Of a stretch of 64,000 nucleotides of DNA, positions 37,156-49,876 are shown one piece after another. How positions within the stretch are numbered: the first letter of the stretch is position 1; each line of letters begins with the position of its first letter. The stretch covers positions 2,480,001-2,544,000 of the forward strand of contig NC_089432.1 in NCBI RefSeq assembly GCF_026210795.1, in the 5' to 3' direction. The position numbers and the translations under genes were made by a program. Source of the stretch: Rhizophagus irregularis. Lineage: Eukaryota. The notes beneath the pieces were generated by a model that had not been told where the DNA came from, did no database searches, and was given only the letters and a program-made list of their open reading frames with translations.

Positions 37156-37385
37156 AAACTCTTCTAACAAAAAAAAAAAGATAACGGGACGATCCATACA
37201 ATAAAAGGCTTTTATGGATAAAACTAAACTCTCCTAACAAAAAAAAGATGCCGGAACAGTCCATACGAACAAAAAAGTCTTTTATAGATAAAACTAAACT
37301 CTCATAACAAAAAAAGGGGGGACGGGACAGTCCATACGAACAACAAAAGGCTTATATGGTAAACTCTTTAACAAAAAAAAAAATC
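37156..37385. repeat. Degenerate tandem repeat, ~70-bp unit, ~3 copies
   Basis: Recurring aaactctc.taacaaaaaaa...ggacagtccatacgaac...ttttat.gataaaact. Confidence 0.7.
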
Positions 37386-37743
37386 CTTGACTGCACACCG
37401 CGCTGACCAGACGGCTTTAAAGGTTTTGAAAGTGGAGATTTGTATTCACTTTTGATATGTTTAGCGTTAATGGTTTTTTACTTTATTATGAACTTTCTAA
37501 AGAATCACAACCATTACGTGAGAGCTCGAAATGGGCCGCGTTTGGTTGAGTTTATTTTTACTTTTTTTTGTTCATAGTCTGTGTAGGTCAGAACCGGTGA
37601 TATGGCATGTTTAGTGTTAATTGTTTTTTACTTTGTTATGAACTATCTAAAGAATCACAACCATTACGTGAGAGCTCGAAATGGGCCGCGTTTGGTTGAG
37701 TTTATTTTTTACTTTTTTGTTCATAGTCTGTGTAGGTCAGAAC

Positions 37744-40216
37744 TAGAGATGTGCCATGCGCATTATGTGTTGCTATTATGCATTGCGCATAATGCGCATT
37801 ATGCGCATGATAAATTTTGTAATAAATTATAAGTTGTAATTCTGGTAAACTTTACACCCTAACTCCGGCCAAAATTATAAATTAACAAAAATGGAATTTA
37901 TAATAAATTTGTATTACATTAGATCTTTCACAAAAAAAAAATTTTTTTCTTCGTTCAATCAGTTCAAAAATGCCTCCAACTAGCCCTATTTGGGCTCACT
38001 TTAATAAACTTGGACATGTGGCTGGTTTTCGGCAAGCCCGTGCACAATGCAAATACTGTAATCATGAACTAAATGCTGCTGCTAACAAATGTATTGCACA
38101 TTTAAAAACCTGTTCAAGTGCAAGTATAACAGTTCTCCAAGGATTTTTTGGGCCAGATTTTAAACTTAGTGCAAAACAACGTATTAATTCCCATTTACCA
38201 ACAGAGCAAAATAATATTGTTACTATTAAGAAACAACCGCAAAAATCAATAAATAATTTTGTTGACAAAATAACTTCAGCAGAACAAAATGAAGCTGAAC
38301 TATTATTTGCACAAGCAGTTTACCGATGTGGATTATTCTTATCATTATCTGAACTAGAACCAATTAAAATTCTTTTTCAAAAACTTCGTCCTTGTTTTTA
38401 ATTGCCCTCACGAAAAGCTTTATCAACAACATTACTTGACACGGTATATGAGGATACAAAAGATGAAATAAATAATTTGATTAAATCAACTGATTATATT
38501 TGTTTGATTTCTGATGGATGGTAGGTGATATATTTTTTTTAACTATTATTTATATATTCATTATAAATATCTTGTATAAATATTTTTAGGTCAAATATGT
38601 TGCAAGAACATTGGACAAATTATTTAATTACCACGCCAAGACCAGTATTTTTCTCTGCTCATCAAACTGGTGAAATCAAACAAACAGGAGAAAATATTGC
38701 AGCCGACATTGATAAAGTTATATCACAGATTGATCATTCCAAACTTTCAGCAATTATTACTGATAACGCATCTTCAATGAAGAAAGCATGGAAACTTTTG
38801 GCTATTAAATATCCAAACATAGTTTTCCTTGGCTGTGTAGCTCATTCCTTAAATCTTCTAATTGGTGATATTATGAAACTCCCTTGGGCGGATAGTACTA
38901 TAAAAAATGGAAAGAAAATCGTTAAATATTTCAAATCACATCAAATTCCAGCTGCAGTTCTGAAACGATATCAAAGATCCAGTTATGATAAGCAAATTTC
39001 ACTTAAATTACCTGTAAAAACACGTTGGGGATCATCAGCTATTTGCCTTAATTCACTTCAAGTAAATCAGCTTGCTATTGAATTAACGGTAACAGAATTA
39101 TCACGTAATCAAACTGTTAGAATTGATGATGATATGAGAAGTATTGTATTAAATGATGGGTTTTGGAAAGATGTTGATAATTTACTCAAAGTTCTCAACG
39201 AACTTGTTATTGGAATTTCTATGTTTGAATCGGATACACCTTTTTTATCTAAAGTATTAGATTGGTATTACAATCAATTAGAATCATCAGGTAAAATATC
39301 ATTTTTTTCTTTGGTAAATATAATCTAAATTATTACTAATCAAATTTAATTTCTCAAGTTTATTTTTTTGATATAAACGGAAATAATACGAGTATTAAAA
39401 ATATTATCAAAAAAAGGTGGGAAAGTATTTACCACCCTGTTATGGAAGTTGCGCATCTGCTTGATCCATCATTCCATGGTTGCCATCTTACTTCTAATTC
39501 AATGGATAGAATTTCGCAGTTTATCCAAAAATATTATTCGGATAATGCAGTAATTATTTGGACACAAATCTTGAATTATAGGAGAAAAACTGGAGTTTTT
39601 GCGAATAAACTTGCTTGGGAAACTTCTGATAATGTTGATCCTATAACTTGGTGGAGTGGAAATTTTAGTGATTCTGCACCTGAACTTACTCAAGTAGCAA
39701 AAAAGGTTTTATCTATTCCAACATCATCTGCTGCGTCTGAAAGAAATTGGTCAGCATTTGCATACATTCATGATAAAAAACGAAACCGGTTGAGAGCTGA
39801 TCGTGTCTTTAAATTAGTGTATATTTATAGCAATTATAGATTACAAATGCCACGAGAAACGCCAGAATGGAAAGGGTTTACAAACGGGTTTGATAAAAAT
39901 ACTTCGTTAGACGGGGGAGTTGTAGATGACGAAATTCAAAGTTCAGGCGAAAATGAAGAAAGTGATTATGATGAAGATGTAAATAGTAGTAGTGAAAACG
40001 AAGAGAGTTTTAATGATAATGAAGCTGATGACTCTGATGTATCTTGTTAATAATTCAGTAAAATAAATAATAAAAAATTTTATTTTTTTGTAAAGAAATC
40101 GTATTTTTTTTTTCTGTATAACAGTACTATGTGTATCATGTGCATGATGCGCATGATGCGCATCATGCGCATCATGCGCGTGATAAAATGAAATTTCCGC
40201 ATTTTGCCCATCCCTA
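37744..40216 (+). mobile_element. Full-length hAT DNA transposon
   Basis: 8-bp TSD GTCAGAAC (37736-37743 and 40217-40224); TIRs TAGAGATGTGC / GCCCATCCCTA; subterminal ATGCGCAT repeats at both ends; internal transposase. Confidence 0.97.
37970..40050 (+). pseudogene. hAT transposase (BED finger, DDE, C-terminal dimerisation domain), 3 exons, one nonsense codon
   Basis: WAHF..CKYC..HLKTC; SDGW spanning intron 38521-38589; TDNAS; CVAH; TRWGS; SAASERNWS; second intron 39291-39358; in-frame TAA at 38399-38401 (RPCF*LPSRK). Confidence 0.92.
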
Positions 40217-40679
40217 GTCAGAACCGGTGATCTGGTATGTTTAGTGTTAATTGTTTTTTACTTTACTATGAACTATCTAAAGAATCACAACCATTACGTG
40301 AGAGCTCGAAATGGGCCGCGTTTGGTTGAGTTTATTTTTTACTTTTTTGTTCATAGTCGGTGTAGGTCAGAACCGGTGATCTGCCGTGCTGATTAAGAAA
40401 TTTGTATTCACTTTTGGTATGTTTAGTGTTAATGGTTTTTTACTTTATTATGAACTATCTAAAGAATCACAACCATTACGTGAGAGCTCGAAATGGGCCG
40501 CGTTTGGTTGAGTTTATTTTTAATTTTTTTTGTTCATAGCCAGAGAACTAGTGATATGGTATGTTTAGTGTTAATGGTTTGTACTTTGTTATGAACTATC
40601 TAAAGAATCACAACCATTACGTGAGAGCTCAAAATGGGCCGCGTTTGGTTGAGTTTATTTTTTACTTTTTTGTTCATAG

Positions 40680-41620
40680 TCGGTGTAGGTCAGAACTGGA
40701 AGTTACATGCTTGGAGGAAGATGATGAAAAGCGTGGGTTGTACGAACATAACACCTTATAAAAAGCAAAAATTGAAGGTAAGTTTTTTTTGGTTTATACT
40801 AAAATTAAAAATTGAATCAGATTTTTACTAAAAAAAAAACTTACTTTTATTATAGCCTGAATTTTGGACGTACGTGGTAAATTCCAGTAGCGAATTCTAT
40901 TATAACGGAAAAGTTTGGATTTAGAGAAATACAAAAAAATTGCAAGTAAGTTTGAATATGATGTCGTTTGTTATTTCATAATTGAAATAAACTTACTACA
41001 AACGTTTAATTAGTGCCTCAACGAAATAGTCGCATAATGGTCCAGGATGTCCTGCAAAAATCAAACCGGTTGTAACCCGAAATTTTATCTCTGAAATAAA
41101 AGATAGAGAATTGAATTCTCTGATAAAGAATATGTCATGATGAGCTCTTATGGTGTTGATCCGAAAATAACCTACTGTTACTATATCTAAAAGATAAAGA
41201 AACTCTTTGGCAAAAATTTGAGGATATCCTGATGGAATAAAGAGGACCTCTTTTATGGCACTTTTGGAAAGTGGTCAATATGTGTATTGAAAAGATTTGG
41301 GTGGGCTATGTAATTTTTGCAGTGTATATTGTTATGGAGTGTTTAATACGTTAATTAGTTTGGTACAATTACATGTAGAAAAGGAATCACGGGTATACAA
41401 TAAGAATATTACATAACAAAATTTTGTTTGAATTTATTATTTATAAAAAATTTGAAATAAAAAAATTGGAAATAAATATTATTTTCTAATTTTTATTTTT
41501 TTTTAAAAATAAACTTAAGAATTAAAAATAAACTTAAGAATTCACTAATAAATGAACTTGAAAAATTACGCCATCATCTAAAATGAGGTTTCGAAAATGA
41601 GCTTATTATAAATGACTATA
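40680..41620 (+). pseudogene. Degenerate multi-exon gene or transposon remnant of unknown function
   Basis: GT-AG-bounded blocks translating to fragments such as GPGCPAK, YLKDKETLWQKF, YPDGIKRTSFMALL and DLGGLCNFCSVYCYGVF, with stops and frameshifts. Confidence 0.5.
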
Positions 41621-41994
41621 TTTTTCTTTATGTTTTGTTTATCTATCACTTCGTCCTCCTCGAGAAATTTTTCCGCTCTGTACTGTAAAGGTCGAAATTA
41701 CCTAGTGAAATTATTAATTTTGGGGCGCAATATTATATTTAATTTAAGTGTATAAAAATTTGAAGTGTTTAAATGTACTGCGTCCGGAACTGTGATTCAT
41801 TTGGTGGTTTTATTGGTGATGTATTTTGTTTCTAATTTCTAACCCGTTCTACTTGAAAAAAAAAATAGAGTGAAAAGATTACAAAGGAATAATTAGACCG
41901 GTGCTATATAATCTTGCTTGCATTATGAATGCATTTTGTAATCAGTTTGTTGAACTTCTTTTGCATTTCGGCACATGAAATAATTTGAAGTTAA

Positions 41995-44900
41995 GGTGCA
42001 GTAAAGAGTTAGGCGTAGCTAATAAATTGTCGGGCTAATTCACATGTCGGAAAAATTGCATTTCGGTGAAATAGCTGTCTGTAAATTGTACGTAACCAAT
42101 GTTTTCAGCCTGGGCAACAGAAATGATTTGTTATTTTAATATATAATTAATAAAATAATATTACTAAATTAAGGAGTATGGTATCGATTATGCAAGTATC
42201 GACAAAAGATTTGTAAAATAGTAATCCCTATATAGTAATCGCGGATATTGATGTCGCATGATGAACGAAGGGGATGCCGATGAAATAAAAGGATCACGTG
42301 AAGATACCACGTTTCACTGCATAATGCAACGTTATGGCCCATCATAAAGACGTTTGCCACCACAAGCTACAAAAATATTCCTTTATTAAATAAAATAAAA
42401 TATTAATATATCCCGAGTTTCATAATAAAATAAAAGAATAAAATGAATAATTTCAATATAAATCTAATTCTAAGACTATTTCTACTAATTATAAATCCTT
42501 AAATCAAATTGCGATAATTTCCCCTTATTAGTAATTCTTAATAAGCCATTAATTAAAATAATTAATGTGGCACTTTTTCATCCAAAAAGAATCGAACAGT
42601 GAAAGTATGATGTGAAAATTTTTAATTCGAAAATCTCCCTAATGTAAAGGATTTTAAGGTATATTTATATCTTTTTATGTTACACTAACATTCTAAATAG
42701 CGTCCCCATAGAAATTATTAAAATTTGTATAATAAATTAATTTCAACATAAAAAAATTTATATCATTGAAAATATTCCTTACTTTCTTATTAATACTGTA
42801 AAATGAATCAAAGGTCATGTCTGCAAAATGGCTTGTCAGCAAGATAGGAATTCGTTAAAATGGTTTCGAAAAAATGTGATATCGATAAAATGCCAAGTAG
42901 GCAACCCTATAAAAAAAATTCTGAAAAAAACTCCGATAAATAATCATTTTTCTAGTTCTCAAACATGTGATCATTTTTCTGAAAAATTAAATTTTTCATA
43001 GGGGCAAAATGACGTAAATTTTATGTCGGTGAAACAGGTGTCGGCAAAATGGGTGAATACGGAAAACATCATATTATTTATTTACCAACATGAGGTTCAC
43101 GATCTTTTAGACTATTAAAATATTTTTAATAATTTTTTGCATATTTATAAATTGAAATCATTTTTTTCACAATAATTTTCAAACTTTTAAAAAACATGAC
43201 CTCTTGATCCAGTTATAAAAAAATTGTGTAACATAATACATTACGTGCCAGCTGTGATATATAAAATATTAAATTTATTTAGAGATGATATATTAGAAAA
43301 TCAATTTCTTAATTCAATTTTAACTAATAATTTGACACAAGAAATTACAATATCATCACTTTTAGTTTTAATAGGAGAATTCATATCTACTAAATTAATT
43401 TCATATTTTCTAAACAGTAAAGCCATCAAACAAACTAATTCAATCATTGCTAATTTTCTTCCTGGACATAATCTTAATCCTTCACCAAACATGATAAAAG
43501 AATTTTTCTTTGGCTCGAAATTTTCATCCATCCATCTATCAGGATTAAATTTATTAGGTTCTTCCCAATAATCATCTTTATTATGAATAACTCCAACGTT
43601 AATTATAAAGAATGTTCCAGCTGGCCATTGATATCCTGCTATTTCGCTAGGTTTATCAATATATCTTGTATTCAAGTGCACAATTGGGAAAATGCGAACT
43701 GCTTCTTTTACAATTGCTTCACAGTATTTTAAACTGTAAAAATCATCTTTAGTAATTGGTCGCATTTTACCTTGGAATATACTATCAATTTCTTCTAGCA
43801 TTTTCTTTTTCACATTTGGATTATGTGCAATATGATAGATAATGAATGAAAGCATATTAACAATCTATATTTGAAATGAAAATAAAGGAATTGTTAATAC
43901 AACTTCGAGCTAAAGCATATTGCATTTATGATGAGAAGATCTAAAAATTTACTTTACTAGTTCCATTGGAGATTCCATCAAATAAATTGACGCGAATTTC
44001 ACTATCAGTCATAGACCTATTGCCTTCATCGGTTTCGATATAATTACCATCACGAAATGTATTTTTGATAATCATCGATGTCAACATATCATGAGGTAAG
44101 GGTTCATTCAGTGATGTATCTTCAATTTCTTTTCTACGTTTCTTAATAATTGTATCCAGTTTCTGATTGGCAAAACCTATGTTTTGAAGTATATCATTTG
44201 CTATATTTTTAAAAAACGGAACATAATGTCGAAGAAAGGGGGGAACTATGAAAAAAAAAAAATATCCTATATGAATTTTGTGAATTGATTGAAATAATTT
44301 CTCAGAATCTTCGACTCTCGCTGACTGATTATCAAATTTTTCATCACTAATAGTATTAAAATAAGCTGCCATTGAATAAGATCTTTTACCAGTTAACATT
44401 TTATTAATCATGTCAGTTGTGTAATGACTAAACCATTCAATTAAATCCAATTTAATTTTATTTTCTTTACTAATTTTTTCTTTAAGAAGTAACTTGTCCC
44501 AATAACTTTCTAATTCACTGAAAAGTTCGTTTGTCCAATCAATAACTTCATTAGTAAATTTTGGTGATAATATAGCTTGATTAAAAAAATGATGATTAAA
44601 TATCCACGACTTATAATTATTATTGTATACTATTTCTTTTCCTTCAAGTCCCAATTCTTTTAATCCTTCGTAATTTGGACATCTCATCCAATACATATTT
44701 TTTGATAAAAAAATTTCAAGATATTCTGCTCGACATAAAACTATACATCGATAAAAATTGTTAGTCTCATATATGTCACCATATTTCTTGTAACAATATT
44801 TATAAAACTTTGGAATATCCCCTTTAAACCAAACAGCATAAGGAAAAGTGCCAATGATTGGGAATGGGAAGGGGCCAGGTAACGGATTGACACGAGTAAA

Positions 44901-45043
44901 ATATTTGTAATAATAATATGCCACATATATCATTAATACTGTACTTAAAAGTGACAAAGCATTAATTTCGAAATTCTCGAGTGGATTAAAAATCATCTTA
45001 TCGAACAGCTGCTTCAGCTCCCTTAACTTAATTTTTTTTCTGG

Positions 45044-45076
<33 letters not shown>

Positions 45077-45471
45077 TTTTTAAAAAAAATAATTTACATA
45101 TACGATTATCGCTCGACATTTAAATCAACTTTCACATTTTATTTAAGATGATCGTCAATTATACAATGAAAAAATGCATGTTGAATATTACCATTTCGTT
45201 TAACTATATATGGTAAATTTTTGTCAAATGGGATTTTTTTTCATCAACAAATGATCAATTCTTTGCAGAAGTAAATAAAGGTTACAGTACAATTTATAGA
45301 CAGCTATTCACCAGCATGAAATTAATCGGCGCCATTTTGCTGATTTGCATTTACTGACATGAAAATTTACCTATTCGATTTCACCGAAATGTCATTTTAC
45401 CGACTTGTAAAATTATCCGACTTGCCATTTCGCCAAAAATTTATTGGTTGCGCCTCACTCCTTATTGCGCC
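41995..45471. repeat. Pair of long imperfect inverted repeats (41995-42098 and 45280-45471) enclosing the second P450
   Basis: ggtgcagtaaagagttaggcgtagctaataaatt...catttcggtgaaatagctgtctgtaaattgtac matches the reverse complement of the 45280-45471 block, with indels. Confidence 0.65.
43301..44996 (-). CDS. Cytochrome P450, 2 exons (44996-43953, 43864-43301), paralog of 23272-24943
   Basis: PLPGPFPFP, KEAVR, PDRW, FGEGLRLCPG; same intron position (NGTSK|IVNML). Confidence 0.95.
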
Positions 45472-46623
45472 TTTTTTCAGGTGTCAACAACTAAATAAAT
45501 TCAGTGATGGTAAATGACCAGGTCATTAGGCCAGACCCCTGAATGACCTTCGAACGGCCTAGTCATTTTGGGTCATTTGTCATTTGAGTCATTTGGAATT
45601 CATTCAGGCCAAATTTATGATGCCGGCCAGAATTACAAATTTATAAATTCACGTGATATAATTTAAATACATATGGGCCAAAATTATGATGTAATTTTTA
45701 AAGAACGTCCTTATCCTATTCGGGCTTCTTATCCTAGACCCTCCTTAAATATGATTGGTTTAATCAGCTACCAAAACAAGACTTATTTTGCGTAATATTT
45801 ATCTTAGAAAAATTTTCATAATTTTTTTTATAATATACGCTAATACGCGCATAACATTTATCAGAAAATTTTCAAAAGATTTTTAAATTAATTTTTTTTT
45901 TTATTATAGCTGATAGGAATTTTTTATGACAAAAAAAATGATATAATAATAAACTAACCAACTATTAGAAACATTTGAAAATCGGGTAAAGAATTATTTA
46001 TTATATTTCATTTATTCCCTACTTACAAAATAACCTTGTATTAAAAAAAAAACATACCATTATTAAAATGAAAAATACTTCCCGAATTTCCATTGACGTT
46101 TTGTAAATATAAGTATTAAAACAATACACATGTTAGTAAAATTACAAACTTTAGTTGAAAGAAGTTTCAAACAATACATAATAATTTTAATCCAAAACTC
46201 AGAATAAACTCACCTATTGCAAGTGTTAAACGTGAACACTTTGTATTTATCAGATTTAAAAATTTTTGATAAAAAGGTTTTTTTTTTATTGTCCTAATAT
46301 ATAATTATGAAAATAACAGTAATAAAAAAATATTTAATATAAAAAGAAGGAAATAATTTGTGCAAAAAAGAAGAATATAAAAGAAAAAAGATTAAATGAA
46401 AGAGTAGTCAGTAGTGTAAGAAAGAGTGAAAGAAAATGGCTGATAATGATCAGCTGTGCCACAAGGTCTAGGTTAAGGGGTCTAGACCAAGATGCTAAGC
46501 AATTCTAAATAAAAATAGGAAAATAAACAAATACTATTCCAATAATTTATCATACTTGCATTAAAATACTTATTATAAGAACTGTAATAGTATACAACAA
46601 ATAAAGAATATATAGCAGAATTA

Positions 46624-49433
46624 TTAATCTTCAATCACACATTCAAAACCTTGAGTCTCTAAAATTTCAGTAAGTTTGCGACTTGTATAATATGCTTGTG
46701 GATGAGATTGTATAATAAAAGTATTTTCTTGTTCTTGTACTAAAGTTTTGTTTGCTTCTACAAATTCAAACATATCATTTTCTAATTGATTATCAATATT
46801 AGATACTTTATATTCATAATTTCCTTCTCTGTTAATATTATAATATTTATTAATACATCTAATCCATTCAGATATAATATTTTCAAGCATTATTATAGTC
46901 GGTCTATTGGAAGAATTTGAATCCCAACATTTTTTCATTAAATTTACATAACATTTTGGAGTATTTTTTATAATTTCAGGACGTTTTCCTTTACAAATAC
47001 TCAAACTAAGGTATTGATCATGTACTTCATGTTTAAATGGAGGAATACCTGATGTAAATTCCCACATTATCAATGAAAAACTATAAATATCACTTGCTGG
47101 TGTATAGGGTTTTAATCTCAATATTTCAGGTGCCATATAAGGCAAAACTCCATAAATTTCATTAATTTTATTATTAGAATCTTGTAAATCACTTATAGGT
47201 TTACATAATCCTAAATCAATAATAAATAACTCATTGTAATTATCTGACATTAAAATATTACCATCATGTAAATCACCATGAATTAAATTTGATTCATGAA
47301 TTACTTTAAGTCCTAATATAATTTTTTTCAATAATTGTAACTTGTCTTGCCATTTAAACTTAATTATATCAGATAAACATTTTCTCAAACTTCCTTTTTT
47401 TGCGTAACTCATTACTATTATATAATTTAAATTATTTGGATCTTGAGTAAATCCAAAAAATTGAATAAATTTCGAAAATGATTTTTTTTGACAATTATAA
47501 TGATATTTCCACTATACAAATAATAAAAATAATTAAATTTTTGCAATAAAAATAAAATTTCTATTAAATATAAATACTATACCTCATCCAGAAATTTACT
47601 ATTTAAACTTGATGAATTATTAAGTATTTTAAGAATAACCTCATAGCCTGTTTGAAAAATACATCTATTCCATTGTTTTTTGTAAAAATTCCAACTATAA
47701 ATAGGTCCATCCAACCAGATAGCTTTATGAATTTCACTAAATCCCCCTTTATCATAATAATTAATACTTTTCAATTTATTATAAGGTATCCACTCTAAAA
47801 TTTCATAACTATTTTTAGCATTTAGTTGTCCTTCTTGAATAAATTCATCAATAAATTCATTTTTACTAGTCCATTTTGAAAAATCTTGTTGAAATCGTTT
47901 TGTGTTACATTGTTGGCACCACTGGTAATCAGTATATGGTTGGTTACATTCATTACATAATTCAATTTCAGTTATGGGGCTTACTTTGTCACTTTCTGTT
48001 ACTTTTTGATACCAATAAAAGGCTTTTTCTAAATTCTTCTCTGTTCCTTTCCCATCTTCATAACATATGGCCAAACTATTCATTGCTTCTTCATCACCAT
48101 TTTCTGCTGCTTTTTGATGCCAATAAAAGGCTTTTTCTAAATTCTTTTCTGCTCCTTCCCCATTTTCATAACATACAGCAATATTAAACATTGCATCGGT
48201 ATAACCATTTTCTGCCGCTTTTTGATACCAATAAAAGGCTTTTTCTAAATTTTTTTCTATTCCTTCACCATTTTCATAACATATGGCTAAACTATTCATT
48301 GCTTCTTTAAAACCATTTTCTGCTACTTTTTGATACCAATAAAAGGCTTTTTCTAAATTCTTCTCTGTTCCTTTTCCACGATTATAAAATGTGGCTAAGT
48401 TAAACATTGCAATTTCATTACCATTTTCTGCTACTTTTTGATACCAATAAAAAGCTCTCTCTAAATTCGTTTCTGTTCCTTCTCCATTTTCATAACATAT
48501 GGCTAAATTAAACATTGCTATTTCATTACTATTTTCTGCTGCTTTTTGATACCAATAAAAGGCTTTTTCTAAATTCTTTTCTGTTCCTTTTCCATTATTA
48601 TAATAAATAGCCAAATCATTCATTGCATTAATATGATCATTTTCTGCTGCTTTTTGACACCAATGAAAGGCTTTTTCTAAATTCTTTTCTGTTCCTTCTC
48701 CATTATAATAACTCCCTGCTAAATTAAACATTGCTTCAATATGATTTTTTTCTGCTGCTTTTTTATACAAATAAAAGGCTTTTTCTAAATTCTTTTCTAC
48801 TCCTTCTCCATAATAATAACATATGGCCAAATTATTCAATGCATTTTCATCACCATTTTCTGCTGCTTTTTGATACCAATAAAAGACTTTTTCTAAATTC
48901 TTTCCTGTTCCTTCTCCATTATAATAACGTGCGGCTAAATTATTCATTGCTTTCTCATTACCATTTTCTGCTGCTTTTTGATACCAATGAAAAGCTTTTT
49001 CTAAATTCTTTTCTGTTCCTTCTCCATTATAATAACATATAGCTAAATTATTCATTGCTTTTTCATTATTATTTTCTGCTGCTTTTTGATACCAATAAAA
49101 GGCTTTTTCGAAATTTTTTTCTGTTCCTTCTCCATTATAATACCTTTTGGCTAAATTAAACATTGCTTCAGTATGATTTTTTTTGGCTGCTTTTTGATAC
49201 AAATGAAAGGCTTTTTCTAAATTCTTTTCTGTTCCTTCTCCATCTTTATACTTATTGGCTAAATTAAACATTGCTACTTTATCACCATTTTCTACTAATT
49301 TTTCTAAGGAACTGATACATTCTTTACACCATAACTCTTCAGTAAAAGGTTTATTACAGTATAAACAATCTTCGTTGTTCACTGTATCAGTAACTTTATC
49401 TGAGATATTTAAATTGCTCAATTTAGTTTCCAT
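46624..49433 (-). CDS. Sel1-repeat (12x) plus C-terminal TKL-type kinase, 2 exons (49433-47583, 47511-46624)
   Basis: 12 repeats of 36 aa; KGGFS loop, VILK, HGDLHDGN, DLG, YMAPE, SDIYSF, CW..RP; in-frame GT-AG intron 47582-47512. Confidence 0.95.
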
Positions 49434-49876
49434 TTAGTTATTTTAGAAATTTATTTTACTGAAAAAAATTATAAATTTTTTTTTAGAAAATTTATTTTTT
49501 AGACTTTTTCCTTATTCGTGAATGAGTTACTAAAAAGGAAATTTTTAACCAAAAGTAGAAGTTACAATAAAAAAAAATTTTTTTCGGGTCATATTTTTTC
49601 CGGTGCACTGATCTGCGTTGAGCATAATCTTTCTAAAAAGTTTCAGCTACCTTCTTCTTTATTGTTTCTTGCTAAAAGTAACTTGGTAAAACTTGGTAGA
49701 GGTAAATAGTGCTCCAAATCTAACAATATAATCTTTCTTACCTTACTCTGAGTTTTACCGGGGTAGCATATCCATTATCACCTACTTAAAAAATTTTCAG
49801 TATCATCTTATTCTTAAAAGAGAATTTAAACTCTCTTCAATGGTGCATAATTTCTTACTGCGGATTTTTATGAAGA

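Larger units (their letters stand above)
37436..40697. repeat. Tandem array of ~150-bp units (5 copies) split by the hAT insertion
   Basis: Core ctaaagaatcacaaccattacgtgagagctcgaaatgggccgcgtttggttgagttt at about 37497, 37647, 40277, 40459 and 40600. Confidence 0.95.

Noticed and set aside
37602..37832. 76-aa ORF and the related 66-aa ORF at 40561
   Set aside because: They are translations of the tandem-repeat unit and the hAT terminus.
37436..40697. CRISPR-like array
   Set aside because: Units are ~150 bp and nearly identical throughout, with no unique spacers and no cas genes; the context is eukaryotic.
47876..49437. Plus-strand ORFs within the Sel1 array (and similar ones at 12520, 23315, 43224, 27954-29303)
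   Set aside because: Antisense or alternative-frame shadows of real genes, with no independent features.
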